64,000 bases of DNA from a virus (Duplodnaviria; Caudoviricetes). Below the pieces are notes generated by a model. It saw only the letters and a program-made list of their open reading frames with translations. It had not been told where the DNA came from and did no database searches. Both the position numbers and the translations under genes were made by a program. Below are positions 27,829 to 37,005 of the stretch, piece by piece. Numbering within the stretch: position 1 is the first letter of the stretch; every line of letters starts with the position of its first letter. Location of the stretch: positions 126,354 through 190,353 of the IMG/VR virus record IMGVR_UViG_3300033075_000428. One strand, 5' to 3'.

Positions 27829-28794
27829 CTATAGCTCCCAGTATTTGGAGTACTTGTTCAACTTTTTGTCTGTGTAGTTTTCTGACAACAGACTGGCGTC
27901 GAATGTCTCTCGACGAAAGTCCCAGAGAACAGACCAATCGACACCTGATTTTACTCTAGATTGAAGTTCACGTATCTCTTTGGCTTGACGCTCAAGATAA
28001 TACCCAATCCAACGCTTCTTGATTTTGTATTTCTTGTAAGCACAGAGTGTGGTTTCGATGCTCCAGATGTTGTCGTTTGGGCGATACTTCTCAATCAAGG
28101 TCTTCAACTTCCCAAACTCAGCGTTCAGAAACTGAAGTGACTCCTTATCAATCTTCTTTTTGTCAAAGTGATTCATCAAGTCATCTTGCCCAAGAGCGAA
28201 GCACAGTCCATTTCTAGAACTCTCCGCATTAGCTAGGTCAAGCTCAGTTGGAATGAGTGGAATGCCTGTTGTGACATTCACCGCTTCCAAGTATACGAAC
28301 ATTCTGAACCTTCCGAACCACTTGACCTTCGAAAAATGCTTGAATGCGTTATTGTATGTTTCCATACTGTTCGCACCAGTCAACTCTCGATACTTCATGA
28401 GTTGTGTACCTTGCCCAACCAACTCAGAATAGCTCTTCACTACATCAACGAATTGGTTTCTGGAACGTATCCAAAGGCAGTCAGACTGGAAAATAGTCTT
28501 GTCCTTATTGGCGTACCACCAACGTTCAAGACGATTGAAGTCAATGTTCTCAAAATCTGGGAACTCGTTGTACATGTAGAAAACAGTAGGAGCGCAATAA
28601 CATGTAGCTGTTAAGAATGCTATCCATAACCGTTGTTCGATGTTCAACTCATAACGGTCACAGATGTAGTCAAGAAGTGGATTCTGGGGGTCAACGTCCT
28701 TGAACTTCATTGACTCATCATGGTACTTGAAGAACTCCAAGACTCTGTTCTCATACGGGAACAACGCTTGCACGTCAGATTGTAGTTCTGTCAT
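27829..28794 (-). CDS. Amino-acid:DNA transferase, aGPT-PPlase clade 2 (ADDT)
   Basis: DVDP...EQRLWIAFL...FPD...WW..N...FQSD, FGRFRMFVYLE, SRNGL, ETTLCAYKK, GYYLERQ..EI, GVDW..LWDFR. Confidence 0.85.
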   Translation of the reverse strand: MTELQSDVQALFPYENRVLEFFKYHDESMKFKDVDPQNPLLDYICDRYELNIEQRLWIAFLTATCYCAPTVFYMYNEFPDFENIDFNRLERWWYANKDKTIFQSDCLWIRSRNQFVDVVKSYSELVGQGTQLMKYRELTGANSMETYNNAFKHFSKVKWFGRFRMFVYLEAVNVTTGIPLIPTELDLANAESSRNGLCFALGQDDLMNHFDKKKIDKESLQFLNAEFGKLKTLIEKYRPNDNIWSIETTLCAYKKYKIKKRWIGYYLERQAKEIRELQSRVKSGVDWSVLWDFRRETFDASLLSENYTDKKLNKYSKYWEL

Positions 28795-29447
28795 TCAGCA
28801 CCACGGATTAAACTCTGTGCAATTATTGGCTCTAGTATAGGAAGTGATGTGCAATCAACTCCTAATGCTCGCTTAAAGATGTCTTTTGTTGATGCCCAAT
28901 ACACAGTCTGCTGGTCTTCAGTAACGTGATAGTACAATGGACGAAATTTGTTTCTTAGTAGTACAATCGTACCATTGCTAGTGTAAGCACCAGCGAATGA
29001 ACAATTCTCACGTATGACGTTTTCAGGGTGTTGAGGGTCGATCTTGACCCGAACAAGGAACATCTCTCCGTCATTGTCTGTCTGCATTGGCTGTTGTAGT
29101 TGAATCTCCATTTCCTCTTTCGTGGCCATGGAGATAACACCATTGAACGTCAATGCCTCACCACTGACAACCAATGGTTGATTGTTCTCAATCTGGTGGT
29201 AGTCACCGCTTGTTGAATACCTTGTGTGCCCAAGAATAGCTCGTGGGACAATAGGCAACTGCTTCAGGGAGATGAGTGCGTCGGTCAACTCCAAGAATCG
29301 CTCTACATGAATAACAGCGTTGTTATCATAGTATGCGTATCCAAAAGAGTGTAGGCCACGTATCTTAGCTTCATTGAAAAGCTTCTGCATATTGTGAATA
29401 TGCGTCTTGCTTGGTGCATTCGTGACGTAGCCAATTACTCCACACAT
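28791..29447 (-). CDS. Stand-alone class-II (Ntn) glutamine amidotransferase
   Basis: MCGVIG (N-terminal nucleophile Cys2), RGLHSFG, GHTRYSTSG, NQP, FNG, TDNDGE, R..RPL. Confidence 0.9.
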   Translation of the reverse strand: MCGVIGYVTNAPSKTHIHNMQKLFNEAKIRGLHSFGYAYYDNNAVIHVERFLELTDALISLKQLPIVPRAILGHTRYSTSGDYHQIENNQPLVVSGEALTFNGVISMATKEEMEIQLQQPMQTDNDGEMFLVRVKIDPQHPENVIRENCSFAGAYTSNGTIVLLRNKFRPLYYHVTEDQQTVYWASTKDIFKRALGVDCTSLPILEPIIAQSLIRGAE

Positions 29448-29450
29448 TGG

Positions 29451-30062
29451 TTAAACTCCTGTCTCGAGAAACGAGTCAACAGGAATGGGCTTGAACTTGT
29501 TTGAAATTGAGTCGAACTCAGTTCTACACTTTCCAAGATACTGGTTTCTTCTGCGAGTTGAGATTGGATTCTCATCTGTATCATACACAGAAGAGCTCAG
29601 TGCCTCTGATTTCAAAGTGTCCATATCAACATATGGAGCTACCTTGATATCATATACAAGCTCATCATTCGTTGTTGCAATTGGCAAGAATCCAAGCTTG
29701 GCATAGAATGCGATAGCTCCTGGATTCTCCTTCAATACTTTCCATGTTAGACGTGTTAGTCCTTTAGCAACTGCTTCTTGTATGCCACGATTCATGAGCT
29801 CACGAGCAATGCCACGCCCTTGTGATTCAGGAGCTACATACACATAGTACATGTTAGCATAAGTTGACTTCAAGTGCATTGCAGCGTAGAAGCCAACAAT
29901 CTTTCCGTCTTCAATTGCGATTAGTGGCGGAGTATTCTTCCAACCTTCATAGCGTACCCACACAAACGGGAACTCCTTGAGGAACTTCCAAGAGCTTTTC
30001 TTAACAAGCTGTGCAAGTTCAGCCTCATGTGTGTCTTTGTCAGCTGTTACATACTCAATCAT
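29451..30062 (-). CDS. GNAT-family acetyltransferase
   Basis: Motif A VYVAPESQGRGIARELM and motif B ENPGAIAFYAKLGF. Confidence 0.92.
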   Translation of the reverse strand: MIEYVTADKDTHEAELAQLVKKSSWKFLKEFPFVWVRYEGWKNTPPLIAIEDGKIVGFYAAMHLKSTYANMYYVYVAPESQGRGIARELMNRGIQEAVAKGLTRLTWKVLKENPGAIAFYAKLGFLPIATTNDELVYDIKVAPYVDMDTLKSEALSSSVYDTDENPISTRRRNQYLGKCRTEFDSISNKFKPIPVDSFLETGV

Positions 30063-30727
30063 AATGACCTCAAATTATTAAGCAGTTCTGTCACTTTGAC
30101 GATAGCTTGTTTTCTTCCGTCTTCAAATATCGAACGTTCCTGTATCTTAGGAACTGTATATTCACCAATCACAAGGAAACTCTCTTGGTCACAAACGTGG
30201 GGTACTGAGCAGAGATTAATATAGTGCTGTGTGGCTAACAGAGTTATCTCTACCAATACAGTGCACAATTCCTCAAGTGAGGGATGTATGAGAATCTTTG
30301 CTGTATCCTCATCTGAGTTCTTGTTTCTCAAAAGTCCAATCAACGACTCAATCTGTTCCTCTGTAACACTGCTTGAACCTTCACGAAGGTTCTCAGACAT
30401 CCACTCCAGAGTAACAGAAACAAGGCATTCAGACAAGTGGTGCCGTAATGAACGAATCTCTGCGGGGTGGTCTTCAACGTCATTCGGGGCTACACACCAT
30501 TCAAGTATCGAACCACGTCTGAAACACTTGACATATGAACCCATCTCATATGGCTTCACTGCGTTGTTCTGCATGAAGTCAAACAGCTGGTGTTGGTAGT
30601 CCGCTCGTAAGATAGGCTGTGGTTCCAACGGGTCTTTCGACCTCATGTCACCAAGTGAAAGTAGCCAGAATGACTCGATGTCTTCGATGTTGTCAAAGAT
30701 GTATTGAAGTTTCTCAACTGAGGTCAT
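30059..30727 (-). CDS. Hypothetical protein
   Basis: 222-aa ORF with ATGA coupling on both sides. Confidence 0.7.
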   Translation of the reverse strand: MTSVEKLQYIFDNIEDIESFWLLSLGDMRSKDPLEPQPILRADYQHQLFDFMQNNAVKPYEMGSYVKCFRRGSILEWCVAPNDVEDHPAEIRSLRHHLSECLVSVTLEWMSENLREGSSSVTEEQIESLIGLLRNKNSDEDTAKILIHPSLEELCTVLVEITLLATQHYINLCSVPHVCDQESFLVIGEYTVPKIQERSIFEDGRKQAIVKVTELLNNLRSL

Positions 30728-31023
30728 GAATGAACTTTCATATAGACATCTACCAAACTCTTGACTCGCTGTATTGAAATGAATGCAGGAAGACTTAGGT
30801 GAGGGACGCTACAGTCATCCTGTTTGCGGCTACCAAAGTTTCTCGCTGTACGATGTCTACTGAATCGTAGCTTTACAATCGTCTCATTTTGTTCTTTTGT
30901 CTTGATTTCTACGTACAAAGAACCTGTCTCCAACAGCTTCGTTGAAATCAGGAACCCACGTGAACGAACGTATGTCATTAACTCAATGAGATGCTTTTCT
31001 GCAAAATCGTTGATTGGTTTCAT
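30724..31023 (-). CDS. Hypothetical protein
   Basis: 99-aa basic ORF; TGSLYV...LRFSRH motif. Confidence 0.7.
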   Translation of the reverse strand: MKPINDFAEKHLIELMTYVRSRGFLISTKLLETGSLYVEIKTKEQNETIVKLRFSRHRTARNFGSRKQDDCSVPHLSLPAFISIQRVKSLVDVYMKVHS

Positions 31024-31028
31024 GACAT

Positions 31029-31841
31029 TTATGATTGTCCATGTAGGCTGTATCCAGTGTCAAGAAAGAACCTGCTAATCATCTTCGTGTCTTGTGACAT
31101 TGACGTTGCGATATAGCTCTTCAGGTATGAGATTGCCAATGGATTAAATACTGACATCCCATTCAATAAACCTTCGGTAAAGACGAAGTCACCTTCGGGT
31201 GTTCGCTTGAACTTCTTCCCAGCGTCACAATACTGATTGTACGAGCACTTGGCAATTAACTCAGGCAAGGTAATTTGCTGTCCGTCGTTGAACATTAACC
31301 CGTGCTGAGTTAACTGCTTATTGAATACTTTAGCAGTTGCAACAGTGTCATGCCAAGAGTCATGTGCACCAGTGTGTTCCTCACCAAGATAATCCTTGAC
31401 AGCAGACGTCAGATTCCTCGGGTTGAACTTCTTGTACACGGTACAAGCGTCCAGTGAACCAATGTACCGTGGGAAGTATTCATTACACCGAGCAAACTCT
31501 TCACGAAGCATTGGTATGTCAAACTCGTCAGAGTTAAATCCTACAATGACACTGTCCTCAAGGACACTGACCAGAGTTGGTATCAAATCACGGAACTTTG
31601 GTTTCCCAAAAACTGTCTCAACAGTTATGTTGTGAATTGGGTTCGGCATGAACGGTACACCTGGGTCTACCAGAGTGTCAAACGAGTATGACCCATTCTC
31701 AAATCCAGCACCCACACCAATGAGTGAAATCTGAAGAATGCTATCTTCAGGGATGCTCAGTCCAGTTGTCTCAACGTCTAGTGTCACTAGCTTTGAGATG
31801 TTGAACCTAAGACATAGTTCCTTCATTGATTCAATGTTCAT
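31029..31841 (-). CDS. DEDDh 3'-5' exonuclease (DNA pol III epsilon-like)
   Basis: LDVETTGL, GFNSDEFDIPML, HDSWHD. Confidence 0.92.
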   Translation of the reverse strand: MNIESMKELCLRFNISKLVTLDVETTGLSIPEDSILQISLIGVGAGFENGSYSFDTLVDPGVPFMPNPIHNITVETVFGKPKFRDLIPTLVSVLEDSVIVGFNSDEFDIPMLREEFARCNEYFPRYIGSLDACTVYKKFNPRNLTSAVKDYLGEEHTGAHDSWHDTVATAKVFNKQLTQHGLMFNDGQQITLPELIAKCSYNQYCDAGKKFKRTPEGDFVFTEGLLNGMSVFNPLAISYLKSYIATSMSQDTKMISRFFLDTGYSLHGQS

Positions 31842-32379
31842 CTTCGCCTTCTTGGGTTGATAGCACGTCTTTCACTGGTAGAGCAGGAACGACGGTTTCG
31901 CCATTGAAGAACTGGTCAAGCCCAACAGACTTGAAATCGTCTTCTGTCCACTCAACATGCTGTCCAGGGAGTTCCACTCCAGTCACCAGACTTCTACGCT
32001 TCAGCTGGTCGATACTGAAACAGGTCTTGCCGTTGTCTTTCGAGAACACTGATGGATTCCGCTTGTTCTGCCAACAGTGATTCCCACCCATATAGTCACT
32101 GATGTCAAGCCATTCGTCAGGGTGGTTGGTCAGTGGAGTAATATTCTTGAACGTAGCTAACGCTACTACAACTTCAAGTACCTCGAACAACGACACACCA
32201 TCAATTGCGGCTCCATGAATCTTCGTCACAATGTCAAGAACGTTAACCGCAAATGATGCTGTAACTTCAAACTCTGGATTGTCAGAATCATAGAATCCAG
32301 CGAGTTTGAGTTCATTCTTAGCGTGTTGACGAATCTTGTCAAATGGGATAGAGTCACTGTAGTTTAGTGGTTCAGGCAT
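31831..32379 (-). CDS. Conserved phage hypothetical protein (likely start ATG 32379)
   Basis: HA..EL.LAG and ITPLT..PDEW.D...WQNKR...VFS.D.GKT motifs; start overlaps the stop of the upstream 67-aa ORF. Confidence 0.7.
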   Translation of the reverse strand: MPEPLNYSDSIPFDKIRQHAKNELKLAGFYDSDNPEFEVTASFAVNVLDIVTKIHGAAIDGVSLFEVLEVVVALATFKNITPLTNHPDEWLDISDYMGGNHCWQNKRNPSVFSKDNGKTCFSIDQLKRRSLVTGVELPGQHVEWTEDDFKSVGLDQFFNGETVVPALPVKDVLSTQEGEDEH

Positions 32380-32575
32380 TGAGCACGTCCAGTATATCTG
32401 ATTTTGTAAACAGAACATCCTCGTGTGGACTCGTACCATCGTTAAAATGATAGTTGTCCTGAGGGAAGTCCACCCAAATCCAATCGTCCCCTTGGAATAC
32501 TCTCTGTTGTAGCTCACCAGACGTGGGGTGTTTCCTGAACAGGAACTTCACGATGTTTCTTACAACAGTGTCCAT
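32372..32575 (-). CDS. Hypothetical protein
   Basis: 67-aa ORF bridging both neighbours with short overlaps. Confidence 0.55.
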   Translation of the reverse strand: MDTVVRNIVKFLFRKHPTSGELQQRVFQGDDWIWVDFPQDNYHFNDGTSPHEDVLFTKSDILDVLNA

Positions 32576-33225
32576 TTGCGTACCAGTGATTCATACTTGA
32601 ATGGGTTAGTAGAGGGTTCGATTGAAGATAGTTCCTTTATCATCTCATCATAAGAGTACAATTCTGATGTCATGATTTCACTATCAATCAGTAGTTGTAC
32701 TGATTGTCTTGAACCAATCATTGTCCCAGAGTTGAAGTCAAAGTGCTCGAATAGTGGTGTGAGCATTGGAATCATCTCATTCTTTATGATTGAGAGCTTC
32801 AATGACATCAACTCGTACTCAAACGGAAGTGTCTCTCCAACTGGTGTTCTGCTTTCCTCAGCAGTCAGATACTTATCAAGCTTATCACACTGTTGGTGCA
32901 ATGAGTTCAGCAAATGAGCAAGTCTCAACAACATGACACGAGAGTTCGTCACTTGGTCACAGTATATGTCATTGTTACGAGTTGATAGTATCTCATTCTT
33001 TCGTACGAGATTATTCATCTCATCAGCAACACTACGTCCTGTGTACTGTTCACTGTTAGATTCACCAGAATCAGTGACGTGCTCAAGAGCATCAGTCATT
33101 GACGCTAATACCTTCTCATGAACCTGCATCTGCTCTTCCAGCATGTCTTTCGTGTATTCACCCTCACCAACAGGGTGCTTCCTCTTGTCCCCAGACGAGA
33201 ACAATGTTGACAGGAATTTAAACAT
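32560..33225 (-). CDS. Hypothetical protein (first gene of the leftward block)
   Basis: 221-aa helical, acidic ORF. Confidence 0.7.
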   Translation of the reverse strand: MFKFLSTLFSSGDKRKHPVGEGEYTKDMLEEQMQVHEKVLASMTDALEHVTDSGESNSEQYTGRSVADEMNNLVRKNEILSTRNNDIYCDQVTNSRVMLLRLAHLLNSLHQQCDKLDKYLTAEESRTPVGETLPFEYELMSLKLSIIKNEMIPMLTPLFEHFDFNSGTMIGSRQSVQLLIDSEIMTSELYSYDEMIKELSSIEPSTNPFKYESLVRKWTLL

Positions 33226-33879
33226 CTGATTGTCCTACAGTTAGTTTGATACCATTGACATTCATCACGAGCGAGTGGGAGTAGAACGAACGTTACGGAC
33301 AACTGTTACTATCAGGGTGATAGTAGAGTGACTCTGGTGGTAACCTTCCTCTTTCCTCTGCACTCCTATCTCCTTTCAGTCTATAGGAAATTATTCTATA
33401 AGAATAGAATAATTATCTCTAATAGTCAGGAGTAAGAACTCTCGTACTACGTACTCGAGTTACTTACTCCTGAAAGAGACAGATACAATAGAACGAATAA
33501 CTACTCATATAGTAACTACGTTACAGATATATAGCGTCTCATTTTTAGCGTCTCAAATCAAAAGTACCAAATTCAAAATCAAAGACACAAAATCCAATCT
33601 CAGTCGTATCAAAACAAAGTCAACAAACCAATTCAAATTCAAATCTCATCCTTATCATAGAGCAGGAAGTAGAGGATTGAATTGTCAAGCTGACAGAGAA
33701 GTTACTCAATCAGAGCATTACCATCTAAAAACTTGGTAACCTATGTCCAAATAAGGGACTTAAAGGTTTCAAAAATTTCCCTTGCTCTTTAATTTTAATA
33801 AGCACAATTTCGTTTTGTACCCCATAGGGTTCGTTCCTTCTGGGGTATAGGCAACTGTTTAACAATTTTCAAGGGTGAT
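33226..33879. promoter_or_regulatory. Divergent AT-rich control region with multiple hairpins (candidate origin or early promoter region)
   Basis: Strand switch; hairpins at 33307-33325, 33389-33414, 33426-33473 and 33818-33847; direct repeat TAGCGTCTCA x2; CAAA-rich tract. Confidence 0.6.
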
Positions 33880-35004
33880 GTGATGTCTGAGACAAAAGTG
33901 AGAGGGAAGAAGAAATCTTCTCTGGCTGATGTTGAAGAGAGTATCACAGGAGTGATTTCAATCCCAGCACAACAGATTGGGGACGTTCTGACAGAGGCTA
34001 CTCCTGTCAAGACGAAGAAAGCAACTCCTGTTCAGAAGAAGGACGAAGACGAAGGGGAAAGAAAAGCACTTGTCGATTTCGACAAGATACAGAGCGAGAT
34101 TACGATACCGACGAAGAAGGTATCGTTAGCAGATTTCGACCTTGATTGGAATGTTCAGAAGATGCCAATGGCATACATTGAAATCAAGGATGGGAAAAGA
34201 CGAGATTTCGCTACTCCTTTCTTCGCTCTCGTTCGAGACGACAATGATGAGGTTCTGGGTTCAGTCAAGAAGACGTACGAACCAATTCAGAACGAGACAA
34301 TCTACGAGTTCATGAACAAGGCATTTGGAGACGTTGGACTGACACTCGTAAATGGATTTCCAATCCATCGAGGAAGTAAGATTGTACTCATGGCTGAGAT
34401 TGACGGAATTGAGCAGATTGGAAAGGACAAGGTCAAGAGATTTGTCTACGGACTCTCGTCTCATGATGGTTCATTCGCTCTCAAGTTCGGTTTCTCATCC
34501 ATGGTCGTCTCCTGTGCTAATCAGTTCTACTCCCTATCAAAGGGAGCTTCAATGACTCTTCGTCATACGAAGGGTGCTGTTGTCAATAAGCTGGAAGAGT
34601 TCTCAGACCTTGTTGACTCGGTGATTGGACAAGAACGAGCGATGATGAACACGTTCAAGATTCTGTCTGAGACTCCCCTGAGACCAGAGGTAACAGACAA
34701 GGTGATTCAACTGCTAACTGAGACTGATAGTCCAGTAACAGCTGAAGCTACCGCACTCTTGAGTACAAGAAAGCAGAACCTAATCGCTACTATGCGAGGA
34801 GCAATCAATCATGAGATTGCTACAAAGGGAAACACTGCTTGGGGTCTGTTCAACGGAGTCACTTGGTACTTCAATCATGTGAAGTATCGCAACAAGCCAG
34901 AAGAAGAGAGAGTGGATAATCTTGTCATTGGGTACGGTAACGTCAAGACAAGAAAGTCACTCGAGTTAATCTTGAAGGAAACAGGCATTACGACGTTGGG
35001 GTAA
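33880..35004 (+). CDS. DUF932/DUF945-family phage protein
   Basis: LDWNV.K...R.D...VLG.V...Y.PIQN, SHDGS, VVSCANQ, RHT, TAWGLFNGVT.Y..H. Confidence 0.85.
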   Translation: MMSETKVRGKKKSSLADVEESITGVISIPAQQIGDVLTEATPVKTKKATPVQKKDEDEGERKALVDFDKIQSEITIPTKKVSLADFDLDWNVQKMPMAYIEIKDGKRRDFATPFFALVRDDNDEVLGSVKKTYEPIQNETIYEFMNKAFGDVGLTLVNGFPIHRGSKIVLMAEIDGIEQIGKDKVKRFVYGLSSHDGSFALKFGFSSMVVSCANQFYSLSKGASMTLRHTKGAVVNKLEEFSDLVDSVIGQERAMMNTFKILSETPLRPEVTDKVIQLLTETDSPVTAEATALLSTRKQNLIATMRGAINHEIATKGNTAWGLFNGVTWYFNHVKYRNKPEEERVDNLVIGYGNVKTRKSLELILKETGITTLG

Positions 35005-35176
35005 CCCGACTCAGAAGCCCGTAGTAACCCAAACCACCCATCGTAGTTCAATCCGAAAGCGGTGGGTGGAGTTGGGTGAAACCTGAGGTTGAAACTTCCT
35101 AGTAGCGTTGATAGGTCTTTCCTTCGTTCTTCCTACTAGGGCTGTTGGTAACAAAAGTGACACAACGGAGAATGAC

Positions 35177-35521
35177 ATGTATACAGCACAACTAGAACAT
35201 GGAGAAGCAGTTCGTACTCAGTCGATTGAGAACATTATCAAGCAACGTGGGGAAAGACTCGTGGCACGCAGAAAGCTGACACAGTATCCCAAGAGTTGGT
35301 TGGTATATCGCCACAAAGAAACTGGGATGAACAAGGTCATTGTACACATTGAGAGGAAACTTGAAACCCATTGGGTCGGGTGGATTTCTTCTGCTGTACT
35401 ACAAGATGACATTGGCTACTCCGGCCTATTCAAGTATGGGCTCACGGAAGTAGTTTTTGACGATGTGTTGGAGAGAGTTTTCGTGGACAAGAATACTCCC
35501 ACTGGCGAGTATGAAGTCTGA
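35177..35521 (+). CDS. Hypothetical protein (likely start ATG 35177)
   Basis: GGAG RBS at 35167-35170; the upstream in-frame part lies in structured sequence. Confidence 0.65.
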   Translation: MYTAQLEHGEAVRTQSIENIIKQRGERLVARRKLTQYPKSWLVYRHKETGMNKVIVHIERKLETHWVGWISSAVLQDDIGYSGLFKYGLTEVVFDDVLERVFVDKNTPTGEYEV

Positions 35522-35549
35522 ATTACAACACTAATTCAAGAGGCTAACA

Positions 35550-35810
35550 ATGGAACAAGCAACGAAGAAGCAACTGTTGACTAATGGGTTGACAGTTCCA
35601 GATGATGGATGTCTGGTGGTTGCGACTGACAGAGGATACTGGGGCAGAGGAAAGACGCTACGTGAAGCATTGTCAAACCTTCGCAGTACTTCTGGTATGT
35701 GGCTACTCTACATCATCAACGGAGACACTGAGTCATACGTTGACGAGGATGGATTCCTGAAGAGGAAAGTTGGTTCAAAGGTCGATGCGATGTATCGAGC
35801 GGAGAAGTGA
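35550..35810 (+). CDS. Hypothetical protein
   Basis: GAGG RBS; 86 aa; WGRGKTLREA motif. Confidence 0.7.
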   Translation: MEQATKKQLLTNGLTVPDDGCLVVATDRGYWGRGKTLREALSNLRSTSGMWLLYIINGDTESYVDEDGFLKRKVGSKVDAMYRAEK

Positions 35811-35857
35811 TATAAAATGTGTGAAAACAATTTTGTGACGAAACAACGGGAGGAAAA

Positions 35858-36271
35858 GTGGCAACGGTGAAAATGGGAGAGTTGACAGTAGCAGAGTTCC
35901 AGCAACTCTGTATGAGAATGGAAAGCGTTGGTCTGGAGATTGGAGAGAATTTTGAATTTGGGGTGTACCATAAGTTATCCCCTGATGTCAAGATTCGTGA
36001 GCTGATTAGAGCTATGATTGCGAGTCATTTTCGAGACGTGTTGACCCAGGCTGAACCATTTATCCGAGCAGGATTCGAGATTGAGAATGACTTCACTGAC
36101 GCTAGCGCTATGGTTCTCAACTCATTCATCGATGGATTTGTTGCTGGATATTCATCAGGCAACATTGAGGTTGAGAAAGAGATTTCGGACTACGTTGACA
36201 ACATGGGATGGGTGGATATTTATCCACCTAATCCTGAGAAGCTGACAAGCAAACCTATGTCACTAAACTGA
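35858..36271 (+). CDS. Hypothetical protein
   Basis: GGAGG RBS before GTG; 137 aa. Confidence 0.7.
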   Translation: MATVKMGELTVAEFQQLCMRMESVGLEIGENFEFGVYHKLSPDVKIRELIRAMIASHFRDVLTQAEPFIRAGFEIENDFTDASAMVLNSFIDGFVAGYSSGNIEVEKEISDYVDNMGWVDIYPPNPEKLTSKPMSLN

Positions 36272-36305
36272 CATACAATTTCTACATTAACTGAAAGACC
36301 TTGCA

Positions 36306-36626
36306 ATGGCAAAGTCAAAGACGACGACAGGAAAGGCAACAACAGCAAAGACGTTTGTTGTCGAAAAAGGAATCCCATATAATGGGACGACATCTCTCAC
36401 CGATTCAAGCAAATACCCATTTGCGAAGATGAAGGTTGGTGACTCCTTTGCGTTCCCACGTGACCCGAAGATGACGGGTAGAATCTCTGCTGCAGCTTGC
36501 CAGCAACGCAAGAAGACAGGGAAGATTTTCTCCATTCGCCGTGACCCAAAGAACCCAAAGCTGAACCGTGTTTGGCTTCTGAAGGTTGAGACGGTGAAGC
36601 GGAATACAACGACAGCGAAGAAGTGA
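36306..36626 (+). CDS. Small basic, probably DNA-binding phage protein
   Basis: EKGIP...SKYPFAKMKVGDSF...FSIR...RVW motif; Lys/Thr-rich tails. Confidence 0.75.
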   Translation: MAKSKTTTGKATTAKTFVVEKGIPYNGTTSLTDSSKYPFAKMKVGDSFAFPRDPKMTGRISAAACQQRKKTGKIFSIRRDPKNPKLNRVWLLKVETVKRNTTTAKK

Positions 36627-36634
36627 CAACAACG

Positions 36635-36670
36635 CCAGCCAGCTATTGTAAGGTAGCTGGCTGGTACTTT
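36635..36670 (+). terminator. Intrinsic terminator
   Basis: CCAGCCAGCTA-N8-TAGCTGGCTGG followed by TACTTT. Confidence 0.7.
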
Positions 36671-36699
36671 AACAACCATTCTTGAAGAGGCACAAGAAA

Positions 36700-37005
36700 A
36701 TGGGACAGATTATCGGGGTAAACAGCAGAGGAGAATTCATCCTCGACGATGGAACAACCACAGTTGTGAACGCTTCTGGTGATGAGGATACGGCGTGTTC
36801 TCGTTGTCGTTCCTTCCACCCAGACACGAAGAAGATGGGCATCATTGAGCGTGTGATTTACTTGGCTACCAAAGATGTTGAAGCTTGTAGCGCCGAGTCA
36901 ATCCAACACGCTATGTGTGGACACTATTCACAGTATGCTAACTTCTGCAGAACGAACTACTGCAATGGAGAAGAGTTTGTTCCAAAGACACGGGAGAACA
37001 AGTGA
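36700..37005 (+). CDS. Hypothetical Cys-rich protein
   Basis: GAGG RBS and ATG 36700; CxxC plus four further Cys. Confidence 0.65.
   Translation: MGQIIGVNSRGEFILDDGTTTVVNASGDEDTACSRCRSFHPDTKKMGIIERVIYLATKDVEACSAESIQHAMCGHYSQYANFCRTNYCNGEEFVPKTRENK

Noticed and set aside
33226-33879. CRISPR array or tRNA genes in the large intergenic region
   Set aside because: No regularly spaced repeats with unique spacers, and no cloverleaf or T-loop consensus.
35078-35100. Hammerhead ribozyme (CTGAGG...GAAAC)
   Set aside because: The core does not match CUGANGA-stem II-GAAA, and there is no stem II.
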